A stretch of DNA of 56,331 nucleotides, taken from the IMG/VR virus record IMGVR_UViG_3300038426_000018, positions 1 to 56,331 of that record; one strand, 5' to 3'. The position numbers and the translations under genes are program-made. The notes under the pieces were generated by a model. That model worked only from the letters and a program-made list of their open reading frames with translations, did no database searches and was not told the origin of the DNA. Origin of the DNA: a virus (lineage: Duplodnaviria; Caudoviricetes). Of the stretch, positions 35,192-43,354 are shown piece after piece; position 1 is the stretch's first letter, and each line of letters begins with the position of its first letter.

Positions 35192-35565
35192 TCGCGACCC
35201 CGTTGCGCCGGGGCCTGCGGGCCATCTACGGGAGTGAGGCCGCGATCGCGCGGCGGGTCCTCTGCGACCTGGCGGACGAGTTCCGGATCCGGCGAATCAT
35301 GCTGCCCTGGAATTCAGCCCGCTATTCTCTCGCGTGGGTCCTCGCGTGGGCCTGGACGCTGATCTGGCGATCGTGGCGCATGTGGCAATGGTATAGGACC
35401 AAGCATTTCAACCTTAAATACGGTTGGGGCCTATCTAACTATTGGGGCCGCCGTGAATCCCCGGAGCCGGTCCGTTGCATCGATTGTGGTTGGGCAGGGC
35501 CTCGGCGTTGGGCCTATCACAGCGATCTGTATGACGAGTGCCCGAAATGCAGGAAGGAAATATGA
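35188..35565 (+). CDS. Hypothetical protein with C-terminal Zn ribbon
   Basis: CIDCGW..CPKC. Confidence 0.55.
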   Translation: MIATPLRRGLRAIYGSEAAIARRVLCDLADEFRIRRIMLPWNSARYSLAWVLAWAWTLIWRSWRMWQWYRTKHFNLKYGWGLSNYWGRRESPEPVRCIDCGWAGPRRWAYHSDLYDECPKCRKEI

Positions 35566-35753
35566 GGACGACGCAGCCCGTTCTGGTAGAAAAGACGATC
35601 GCCCTCGGGCGAAACCTGTTCCGGATTGATTTCGCCGGCAACTGGCAGGTCCTCATGTGGGGATGGTGGCCGGACTCGGGCGAACGTCCATCCTATAGAT
35701 GGCAATCAATCGAGGCCGAACGCGTTCCGTACGAAGTAAAGAAACTTGCATAA
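35562..35753 (+). CDS. Hypothetical protein
   Basis: ATGA coupling; AAGGA RBS. Confidence 0.55.
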   Translation: MRTTQPVLVEKTIALGRNLFRIDFAGNWQVLMWGWWPDSGERPSYRWQSIEAERVPYEVKKLA

Positions 35754-35767
35754 GAGGAGAAACCGGA

Positions 35768-36142
35768 ATGAATCAGGGAACCTTTGAAGAAAAAATGCAA
35801 CACGTGAAGCTGCTCACCTATCACGCGAAGATGGCCGCGATGAGCCTTCCCCGAGGCGGCGTCTGCATCGTCGACGACGAGACGGCGATCATGGATCGGC
35901 AATATTTCGATCAACTCGCGACTTACGATATCAGTCTCCCGACGGGGACCTATTTTGGCAAACGTTGGAAGCGGGATGCGAGTGTCCGCCTGGAATATGA
36001 TTGCCAAGTTCGTTATGGGGAACCTCGTTGGATGATGGGCGAGTTCTATGACCTGGGAAGCGACAAGGAAATTGGAATCCGCTGGCGGCGAATCATCGTC
36101 GAGGAAGGAAAGGAAAACGATGGACACCGCGAATCGTCCTAG
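35768..36142 (+). CDS. Hypothetical protein
   Basis: GAGGAG RBS; Y..SLPTGTYFGKRWKR. Confidence 0.65.
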   Translation: MNQGTFEEKMQHVKLLTYHAKMAAMSLPRGGVCIVDDETAIMDRQYFDQLATYDISLPTGTYFGKRWKRDASVRLEYDCQVRYGEPRWMMGEFYDLGSDKEIGIRWRRIIVEEGKENDGHRESS

Positions 36143-36197
36143 AATAGTTTGTCTCTGCGGCTCGTCGCGTTTCATCGAACTGAAAGGAGATTTATAA
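36120..36197 (+). pseudogene. 25-aa gene stub MDTANRPRIVCLCGSSRFIELKGDL
   Basis: AAGGA RBS; IVCLCGSxRF resembles the start of a longer phage Rossmann-like family; cut off at the HNH RBS. Confidence 0.45.
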
Positions 36198-36898
36198 TGC
36201 CTTGGCCGGAAGGCACTCCTCATGCGCCTGAAACAATCGTGAAAATGAAAGCAGTCGTTCACAAGCGCGGGTGGCATCATACCGCAGAAGCGAAACAAAA
36301 AATCAAACTGAAACGATTAGAGCGGGAGGCGTCGAAACCTCCGAAAATTAAACCGTCCCCAAAGCCGCATAGTGGTTGGAAGTGGACGGACGAGCAGCGG
36401 CGCAATGCGAGCGAAGCCCATAAAGGTTTGCGTTTTTCTGAATCCGGGCGAGCGAAACTCAGCGCGAGCAGGAAAAGGGCTTGGAGATCTTTATCACCAG
36501 AAGAAAAAGAAAAACACCTCGCAGCCTGGCGCAACAAAAACACGGAGGGATACTTGAAACCTCCGTCAAGAAGAAGGCCGAGCGGGAATTGCAGTAAATG
36601 CGGGGCCTGGCGACAAAGCCTGCACCGTGAGCACATAATCCCGAAATTTAAAGGTGGCAGCGAAGATCCGAGTAACATCCAATACATCTGCGCCAACTGC
36701 CATGAAGACAAAACACGGGAAGATCTACGGGGCATGCCGAGCGCCAACAAGGGAAAAAAGTTCAGTGATGAGCACAAGAAAAAATTAAGAATTGCAGCTA
36801 TTAAAAGGTCAACAGGAAACAAACAACCGTACGAAGGAGTGGCAGATGCGAGAGCTGATGCGGTACCGAACTATTGCCACGAGGATTTATGCAGATGA
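36197..36898 (+). CDS. HNH endonuclease with NUMOD3-like repeats
   Basis: H(T/S)xExKxK repeats; CSKCG..HREHIIPKFKGGS..NIQYICANCH. Confidence 0.85.
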   Translation: MPWPEGTPHAPETIVKMKAVVHKRGWHHTAEAKQKIKLKRLEREASKPPKIKPSPKPHSGWKWTDEQRRNASEAHKGLRFSESGRAKLSASRKRAWRSLSPEEKEKHLAAWRNKNTEGYLKPPSRRRPSGNCSKCGAWRQSLHREHIIPKFKGGSEDPSNIQYICANCHEDKTREDLRGMPSANKGKKFSDEHKKKLRIAAIKRSTGNKQPYEGVADARADAVPNYCHEDLCR

Positions 36899-37745
36899 AA
36901 AATTCAGGTCACTTTCGAAACCCGCGCCGAACGGCCAAAGCCTTTTTATCTACCTACTGACCGGGCCTCACACGACGAACCTTCCGGGGCTTTTCTGCAC
37001 CGGAAAAGCGGCGCTCGCCGAAGCGCTGGAATGGAATGCGGAAGGCTTCGACAAAGCCTTTCGGGAAGTCTTCCGGGAAGGGCTTATAAAGGTAGATTTA
37101 AAAGCCCGTTTATGGTGGCTTCCGAATGCGACGAAATACAATCCACCCCAAAGCCCAAATGTAGTTAAATCGTGGCGTAAAGCATTTGATGAACTACCGG
37201 AGTGTCAACTTAAAAATGAAGCGTTTAATAAGTTTAAAGCCTTCCTTGAAGCCTTTAGTGAAGACTTCCGAAAGCCTTTCAGGAAGCCCCTCGACGAGTC
37301 AAAAAATCGCTCAACAGGTCCCTTCGCGAAACAGGAACAGGAACAGGAACAGGAACAGTATAAAGAAACTACTTTTGTCCGGAGCGATGAAAAAGCCATC
37401 GCTTCCGGACCGAACCCGCCGGAGGAGATCTTCACCGAATTACCTCTTAAAGGAAAGAAAACCACCCACGCGGTGACGCGGGCCTACGTCGCGGAAATGA
37501 AACCGCTGTACCCGCGCGTTGACATAGAGGCCGAAACCCTCCGGGCGAAAGGCTGGCTCCTGAACAACCCGGAGCAACAGAAAACCCAAAGAGGCATCAA
37601 GCGATTTCTTGGAGGTTGGTATGACCGAGAACAAAACCGAGGAGCGAGGACGAACGGAGCCGATCAAAGAAACGGTGGCCCGAGTGGAAACGTCAATCCG
37701 ACAGGAGTCCTCCGATTCGACCCGGACAAAGTTCCAAAGGGATAG
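36846..37745 (+). CDS. Phage replication initiator protein
   Basis: F.SLS..LFIYLLTGPHT...PGLF N-terminus; EQEQEQEQ linker; C-terminal YPRVDI..W...NP..KT.RGIKRF..W; followed by DnaC-like gene. Confidence 0.8.
   Translation: MRELMRYRTIATRIYADEKFRSLSKPAPNGQSLFIYLLTGPHTTNLPGLFCTGKAALAEALEWNAEGFDKAFREVFREGLIKVDLKARLWWLPNATKYNPPQSPNVVKSWRKAFDELPECQLKNEAFNKFKAFLEAFSEDFRKPFRKPLDESKNRSTGPFAKQEQEQEQEQYKETTFVRSDEKAIASGPNPPEEIFTELPLKGKKTTHAVTRAYVAEMKPLYPRVDIEAETLRAKGWLLNNPEQQKTQRGIKRFLGGWYDREQNRGARTNGADQRNGGPSGNVNPTGVLRFDPDKVPKG
37041..37358. repeat. Iteron-like ~12-bp repeats (RAAGCCTTY) and (CAGGAA)x4 inside rep; candidate origin
   Basis: Arrays at 37041-37088 and 37236-37295; AT-rich context; hexamer run 37332-37358. 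Confidence 0.55.
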
Positions 37746-38418
37746 CGAAGCCGAATTGATCTTCTGTCCGAAATGCAGCAACACCGGGTGGGTGCCCTTC
37801 GAGGAAACTGGAGGCGTCGTGAAATGCGAGTGCGCGAAAAAACAATTCAGGCAGGACCGCATCCGGGTGATCCTGGAGGAGTGGAAAAAGTATCGCGACG
37901 CGGAACTGGAAACCTTCGCGCCTTACCGGGACGTGCCCGGACAGGCCGACGCGATCCGCGAGTTGCGGCAAAAATCCTACGATAGTTATTTGATCACCGG
38001 AGGGTACAGCAGCGGCAAGACTCACCTGATGATCGCGCAATACCGATTCATCGCGCTCGCCGGCATCAAGTGCGTTCTCCGGAGCGCCAGGGACGCGATC
38101 GAGGAGTTGCGCAAGGCCGACCTGGTGGAACCCGGAGGAGGAGAGCGGTTCGAATCGCAGATCCTCCAAGTGCTGAACGGGGCCGAGAACGGGCACGTGT
38201 TCATCGACGACATCGACAAGGCCCCGGCGCGAACCGGCTTCCGTCAGGAAATGCTGTTCGACCTCTTCGACACGATCATGCGCCGGGAACTCAAACTCAC
38301 CGTCACGAGCAACTATCCGCTGAAGTCGGACGACCCGCGCCTGCAGGACCTCCGCGGTATTTTGGGCGAGTCGGTCGCCGCGCGGATACATCGGATCTGC
38401 AAGGAGATCAAACTATGA
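37621..38418 (+). CDS. DnaC/IstB-like AAA+ helicase loader
   Basis: CPKC..GW..CEC; Walker A GGYSSGKTHL; VFIDDI; VTSN; start codon uncertain. Confidence 0.85.
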   Translation: MTENKTEERGRTEPIKETVARVETSIRQESSDSTRTKFQRDSEAELIFCPKCSNTGWVPFEETGGVVKCECAKKQFRQDRIRVILEEWKKYRDAELETFAPYRDVPGQADAIRELRQKSYDSYLITGGYSSGKTHLMIAQYRFIALAGIKCVLRSARDAIEELRKADLVEPGGGERFESQILQVLNGAENGHVFIDDIDKAPARTGFRQEMLFDLFDTIMRRELKLTVTSNYPLKSDDPRLQDLRGILGESVAARIHRICKEIKL

Positions 38419-38636
38419 GCGAATCGAACGAAGGGGCAGCCGCGAAGCGGCTGCGCTGCGAGAAGTTTTTAAGCGAGATCGAAGAATGCGGCAACACCTT
38501 GGAGCGGGGCCTCACCCGCAAAGAAGCGATCGGGAGACTGCAGGCTCTGGAAAAAGTTTTTGGAGATTTCATCGCGTGGTTGGAACAACTGGACGATGGA
38601 GATTGGGAAATTTTGAGGAGCAAGAAAATTTTGTAA
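38415..38636 (+). CDS. Hypothetical protein
   Basis: AAGGAG RBS; ATGA coupling. Confidence 0.6.
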   Translation: MSESNEGAAAKRLRCEKFLSEIEECGNTLERGLTRKEAIGRLQALEKVFGDFIAWLEQLDDGDWEILRSKKIL

Positions 38637-38645
38637 GGAGGAGTC

Positions 38646-38993
38646 ATGCGCTTCGACGATTCACCCGATCTTTTCGGGTGCGGCCACGGCGTCAGCACCG
38701 TGGGGCAAACAACGTGCGAGTTCTGCGGGACCACTTACCACAAAGACAACGAAGACGGAAAGGGAAACGTGATTGATCAATACGCAGATCCTATCGGAGA
38801 AACTCACTTCGCCGGCAAGCTGGTCTGCGATTGTTGTTGGGAAGCGATCGAGGCCGAGGTGCTTCGCCGCATGCCCGACATTCTGCGCTGGTACGCCAAG
38901 ATCCTGCAGGCCCGACGGACGAAGCTGGAAGGCGCGGAGGACCTGATGAGGGAGATTTACAAAACCGTGAAAGGAATGACCACAGCGCAATGA
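38646..38993 (+). CDS. Hypothetical Cys-motif protein
   Basis: GGAGG RBS; CEFCG..CDCC. Confidence 0.65.
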   Translation: MRFDDSPDLFGCGHGVSTVGQTTCEFCGTTYHKDNEDGKGNVIDQYADPIGETHFAGKLVCDCCWEAIEAEVLRRMPDILRWYAKILQARRTKLEGAEDLMREIYKTVKGMTTAQ

Positions 38994-39009
38994 CGCGAAG
39001 GAGGTTTCT

Positions 39010-39198
39010 ATGTTTCAGAGCGAAAAGGATGGATTAAGCACCGCGATCGCGATGGCGACTGAAAAAGCCGTATCCGATTTGGAAAACGCAAACCTATCGG
39101 ACAACGATTTCAATAAAAGACTGCTCGACCTGTGCACTTTGAACAAGCTCGAAGAGAAGGTCGAACAGGCAACCGTCTTTGATAAAAAAGGAGGTTAA
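39010..39198 (+). CDS. Hypothetical protein
   Basis: AAGGAGG RBS. Confidence 0.55.
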   Translation: MFQSEKDGLSTAIAMATEKAVSDLENANLSDNDFNKRLLDLCTLNKLEEKVEQATVFDKKGG

Positions 39199-39201
39199 AC
39201 C

Positions 39202-39420
39202 GTGCAAAAAGTTCAATCGCAAATCTTCGGAGAAACCGACCTGCTGGACGAAACCGAACCCGACTATCAACTCCTGAAGTTCGGCGTCGAGCGTTACCCC
39301 GTGAACACTTTTGGAATTCTGAACAAGATCCTGAACGCTCGGGGCCTGCTGATCCAGATCCGGCCGATCGACGGCGAAATGACCCCGACCGAACTCGACC
39401 CCGGAATCCTGAAAGGCTGA
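39202..39420 (+). CDS. Hypothetical protein
   Basis: AAGGAGG RBS; GTG start. Confidence 0.55.
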   Translation: MQKVQSQIFGETDLLDETEPDYQLLKFGVERYPVNTFGILNKILNARGLLIQIRPIDGEMTPTELDPGILKG

Positions 39421-39438
39421 GAGGGACGGAGCGCAAAC

Positions 39439-39831
39439 ATGGGCAGAGGACCGTACAAGAAAAAAACCGAAACGGCCACGCTGTTTATTTTCCACGACCC
39501 GGACTTGACCCGCTGCTGCGTCTGCGGCTGCTCGCAAGAACAGATCCCCATGCGGATCGAGACGCGCCCGACCGGACCCGGATTCAAGGTGCAACTGTGG
39601 CCTTATTGTCCGAGGTGTTGGGCCGGACAATCCGAACTCTGCGGGATCACGACCGAGGCCATGCTCGACGCCCTGGCGAACGCGAAAGCCTGCGTCGGTA
39701 AAAACGCGTCGGTCGTGAGCGACGAGGATTTGGACCGCATGCTTCGCGGAATACTCGGCGGCAAAATCTACTGCAGGCCCGGACCAAAACCCCGGCGCGT
39801 CGACGAAGACCAAGAGGAGGCCGAACCGTGA
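39439..39831 (+). CDS. Hypothetical Zn-binding protein
   Basis: CCVCGC..CPRC. Confidence 0.6.
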   Translation: MGRGPYKKKTETATLFIFHDPDLTRCCVCGCSQEQIPMRIETRPTGPGFKVQLWPYCPRCWAGQSELCGITTEAMLDALANAKACVGKNASVVSDEDLDRMLRGILGGKIYCRPGPKPRRVDEDQEEAEP

Positions 39832-40034
39832 AAGCTTGGCGAAAAGTCATCCGCGCGGAACTGTACGCGAACAAATGTTGCCCGATAAGTGCGCGGGGAA
39901 CCTTCAAATTTACGCTGGAATGCGGTCATATCGCCTTCGCAAAAGCCAGCGGCGGCATTCCGGCGAAGAAGGTTTGCCGCGACTGCCAAACCATCGAAAA
40001 CGTCTGCAAACGCCTGCATCCCTGCGGGTCTTGA
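39828..40034 (+). CDS. Small Zn-ribbon protein
   Basis: LECGH..CRDC; GTGA coupling. Confidence 0.55.
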   Translation: MKAWRKVIRAELYANKCCPISARGTFKFTLECGHIAFAKASGGIPAKKVCRDCQTIENVCKRLHPCGS

Positions 40035-40065
40035 CCCGTTTCCCGTGAAACGATGGAGGATAGAA

Positions 40066-40365
40066 GTGAGAAAACATTTTTGCAGTAAGTGCCACTTAGA
40101 GGTTCCTGTTTCAGGTGGATACTGCCGGAAATGCGCCAATGAATATATGAGAAAAGTGCGGAAACAAGGGAAATTCAGGCATGATTCGTCGGAATATAAA
40201 AAAGTTCGCGTGGGCAAAAAGGTAATCGGAAAACATCGCGTAGTTGCAGGCGTCACGAATCCGAAACTCTATGTCCACCATAAAGATCATGACCCCGGAA
40301 ACAATGATTTTGAAAATTTGGAAGTCTTAAAGCCGACGGAACATTACGCCGTCCACCATTCCTGA
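40066..40365 (+). CDS. Small HNH endonuclease
   Basis: GGAGG RBS with GTG; CSKC..CRKC; HRVV..VHHKDHDPGNNDFENLEVL...H. Confidence 0.8.
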   Translation: MRKHFCSKCHLEVPVSGGYCRKCANEYMRKVRKQGKFRHDSSEYKKVRVGKKVIGKHRVVAGVTNPKLYVHHKDHDPGNNDFENLEVLKPTEHYAVHHS

Positions 40366-40537
40366 AATCGGTTTGCGTTGCCTGGAATTTCCCCACGCTG
40401 AAAAATATTTCTTGATTGGTTCCCGCTTTAGTGGCATACATCCGTCCGAAACTCCTTTCATGTGACGGCAGCGAGCAACGCCGGTTCCCGATCCCGCCGC
40501 AAAAGGGAACCGGCGAACCACCACGGAGGGTTGGAAT

Positions 40538-41320
40538 GTGACGGAAGGGAACGGGAAGGAACCCGACTCCAAGACGGAACACGAGGGCGCGTTGCGCCCG
40601 GTGAAACTCGTCGACCTGGCGGCCCTGATACCCTTCGAACGCAACGCCCGAATCCACTCTGAAGAACAGATCCAACAAATCATCGCGTCGATAAAAGAAT
40701 TCGGTTGGACGAATCCCATCCTGACGGACGGCGACAAAGGGATCTTGGCAGGCCACGGAAGATTCGAGGCGGCGAAGAGGTTGGGCCTCGGGCAAGTTCC
40801 CTGCATCGACCTCTCGGGCCTGACGCCCGCGCAGAAACGGGCGTACGTGATAGCCGACAACAAGCTGGCCCTGAACGCCGGGTGGGACGAAACCCTTTTG
40901 AAAATGGAACTGATGTCGCTGGAGGACGCCGGTTTCGATTTCAGCGTGACGGGATTCGAGCAGTTCGAAATCAACAACCTCCTCGACACGGCCGCGCAGC
41001 AGCCCGAATCCTTCTGGGGCGGGATGCCGCAGTTCACCTCGAAAGACGGCGCTTGGCGGTCGATCATAATCCACTTTCGAAATCAGGAAGCCCTGGACGA
41101 CTTCGCCCGTTTGATCGGACAAACCGTCAGCCCGAAAGCCCGTTTCCTGTGGCACCCGCCCGAGGAAAAGATCCTCATCGCGAAAAACAAGCGCTACGTC
41201 TCCGACGCTGAAAACCCCGAGGAGACGACAGAGCAGGCGGCCGAAGGTCAGGCCGCGCCCGAAGCAAACCAAGCTGCACGACAGGCAGGCATGCCGGACC
41301 TGGCAAACCTCAATGAATAG
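40538..41320 (+). CDS. ParB/Srx N-terminal domain protein with a C-terminal domain typical of TAGT-associated genes
   Basis: NARIHSEEQI..SIKEFGWTNPIL..ILAGHGR.EAA..IADNKL; WGGMPQF..SIIIHF..DFARLIGQ. Confidence 0.85.
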   Translation: MTEGNGKEPDSKTEHEGALRPVKLVDLAALIPFERNARIHSEEQIQQIIASIKEFGWTNPILTDGDKGILAGHGRFEAAKRLGLGQVPCIDLSGLTPAQKRAYVIADNKLALNAGWDETLLKMELMSLEDAGFDFSVTGFEQFEINNLLDTAAQQPESFWGGMPQFTSKDGAWRSIIIHFRNQEALDDFARLIGQTVSPKARFLWHPPEEKILIAKNKRYVSDAENPEETTEQAAEGQAAPEANQAARQAGMPDLANLNE

Positions 41321-42662
41321 CTTTCTGCCGGCGAACGCCCGAAAAGAGAAGATCGTCAAGCCGCTCGGCGCCACGAGTCCTTGGGTGTGGTCGCTCGAAC
41401 CCACGCACGGCTGCAACCTCCGATGCGGGCACTGCAACTGCAGGCTGGATCCGCTTCCCAAGACGTACGATTTCATGGGCGAGGAAACCTGGCGAAAGGC
41501 TTGGGCCATCATCGCGCGGACGGCCCCGACCTGCCGGGTGGATCTCTGCGTCGGCGGCGAACCGACGTTGAACGAAAGCCTGCCGGACTTCCTGAAGATC
41601 GCCCGGGAGATCTCGCCGCGAACTCAGATCCAGATCACGACGAACGGCACCATGATCGCCTCGGGGCACGTCACGTATAAGCAGCTCCTCGACGCTGGCG
41701 CGAACATCGTCTACACCGACATGTATTCCCCGGCCGAACTCTTTCACCGCTTGGCCGACGAGTCCGGGTATCCTTCGTACGAATACTACAACCCGCCTCC
41801 GCAGGCCCCGAGCCCGTGGACTTATTGGGGTCCGCAGTTGAAGATGATCGTGCTGCAGGAGCAACCGGAGAACTGGCCCGAAACCCGTTTTCGCGCCGGA
41901 CTCCTCGGCACCTGGTACAACGCGGCCGTGATCGACCCGGCGAAGATCCTCGTCCTCGACAAGGTGAAGTATCAGGACGCGTACGAAACATACGACGAGC
42001 TCGGGTACGCGAAAAGCAAAGGCCCCGGAGCCGCCAGGAACTTCGCGTGGGATCACGCGATCGCCGCAGGCCACGATTGGCATTGGGTGATGGACGACAA
42101 CATCCGGCGATTCTACCGATTCGATCAGGAACAGCAGATCCCCGTGGGCGACGGGACGATCTTCCGGGCCATGGAGGATTTCGCGCTGCGGTTCGAGAAC
42201 GTCGCGATGGCGGGCCCTAATTATTTCATGTTCGTGCCGCGCAAAGATCACGTGTGCGTCTTCTCCCTGAACACGCGCATCTATTCCTGCAACCTCATCG
42301 GGAACGAACTGCCCTACCGCTGGCGCGGGCGCTACAACGAGGACACGGATCTGTCTTTGCGGATGCTGAAAGCGGGCTGGTGCACCGTGCAGTTTAATTG
42401 CTTCCTCCAACTCAAGGCCCCGACGCAGACCGTGAAGGGCGGGTGCAACAAAGATTTCTACCAGGTCGAAGGCACGTTGCCGAAATCGCAGATGCTAGTT
42501 CGAATGCACCCGGACGTGACGAAACTCAAGTGGAAGTTCAACCGCTGGCACCACGAGGTCGACTATCGCGTGTTCCGGCACAACCGGCTGCGCTTGAAAC
42601 ACGGCGTCGAGATCCCGAGCGAAGCCGACGACTACGGGATGAGATTGGCGGTGGTGTCGTGA
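41313..42662 (+). CDS. Radical SAM domain fused to a TAGT/GREB1-like glycosyltransferase domain
   Basis: CNLRCGHC, GGEPT, ITTNG; then GPGAARNFAWDH, WVMDDN, NTRIYSC, RYNEDTDLSLR, KGG. Confidence 0.8.
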   Translation: MNSFLPANARKEKIVKPLGATSPWVWSLEPTHGCNLRCGHCNCRLDPLPKTYDFMGEETWRKAWAIIARTAPTCRVDLCVGGEPTLNESLPDFLKIAREISPRTQIQITTNGTMIASGHVTYKQLLDAGANIVYTDMYSPAELFHRLADESGYPSYEYYNPPPQAPSPWTYWGPQLKMIVLQEQPENWPETRFRAGLLGTWYNAAVIDPAKILVLDKVKYQDAYETYDELGYAKSKGPGAARNFAWDHAIAAGHDWHWVMDDNIRRFYRFDQEQQIPVGDGTIFRAMEDFALRFENVAMAGPNYFMFVPRKDHVCVFSLNTRIYSCNLIGNELPYRWRGRYNEDTDLSLRMLKAGWCTVQFNCFLQLKAPTQTVKGGCNKDFYQVEGTLPKSQMLVRMHPDVTKLKWKFNRWHHEVDYRVFRHNRLRLKHGVEIPSEADDYGMRLAVVS

Positions 42663-43354
42663 GCGGCCGAGTCAGCAGCAAGCAACAACTCGAAAGTGAA
42701 GTGCGGCGATCGCAGATCCTCGAACTTCGGTTGAAGGAAAAACTCAACCAGTTCCAAATAGCCGAGCGCATGGGGATCACCCAAAGCGCCGTCAGCAAAA
42801 ACCTGGCGAAGGCGAAAGAGGAATTCCGGCAGTTCCGTTGGGACCTGCTGGACGCGGACCTGGCGTTCGAGGTCGACAAGTGCAACGACATCGAGGTGGA
42901 AGCCCGCAGGGCGCTGCGGGCCGCGTGGCGATCGTGGAAGAAATCCATCGGCGTCGTGAAAGTCACCAGGAAGATCGCGAAGGTGGTCCGGACCCAGGCC
43001 GCCCCGAACAAAGACGGCACGCACCAGGAGCCGCAGGAATCGATGAGGCCCGAGAAGATGGAAACCCGCGAGGAGATCAAGGTCGGGAACGCGGCTTTGA
43101 TGTCCGCGATCCTGAAGGCGATCGAACGCATCGACAACGTCGCGGATCGGCGCTGTCACTTGCTCGGCTTCATCGGCGGCGCCAGATCTGCGGGAGATCA
43201 GCCCCGGAAGAACGACAGGGCGGCCATCCCTGCGGACATGACCAATTCGGACCTCATGAAAGAAGTGTTCGAATTTTTCAACGAATTCGGCTCGCCTAAA
43301 GCACCAGGAGGCGGGAACGGCGACAAGGGCAATGGATCACATGGGCCTAATTAA
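42659..43354 (+). CDS. terS: Terminase small subunit (N-terminal HTH)
   Basis: RR.QILELR..NQFQIAERMGITQSAVS; RRCHLLG; overlaps terL. Confidence 0.7.
   Translation: MSGRVSSKQQLESEVRRSQILELRLKEKLNQFQIAERMGITQSAVSKNLAKAKEEFRQFRWDLLDADLAFEVDKCNDIEVEARRALRAAWRSWKKSIGVVKVTRKIAKVVRTQAAPNKDGTHQEPQESMRPEKMETREEIKVGNAALMSAILKAIERIDNVADRRCHLLGFIGGARSAGDQPRKNDRAAIPADMTNSDLMKEVFEFFNEFGSPKAPGGGNGDKGNGSHGPN

Noticed and set aside
40538-41320. Plasmid-prophage partition system
   Set aside because: No ParA or parS seen; this ParB type lacks the HTH and sits with modification/terminase genes
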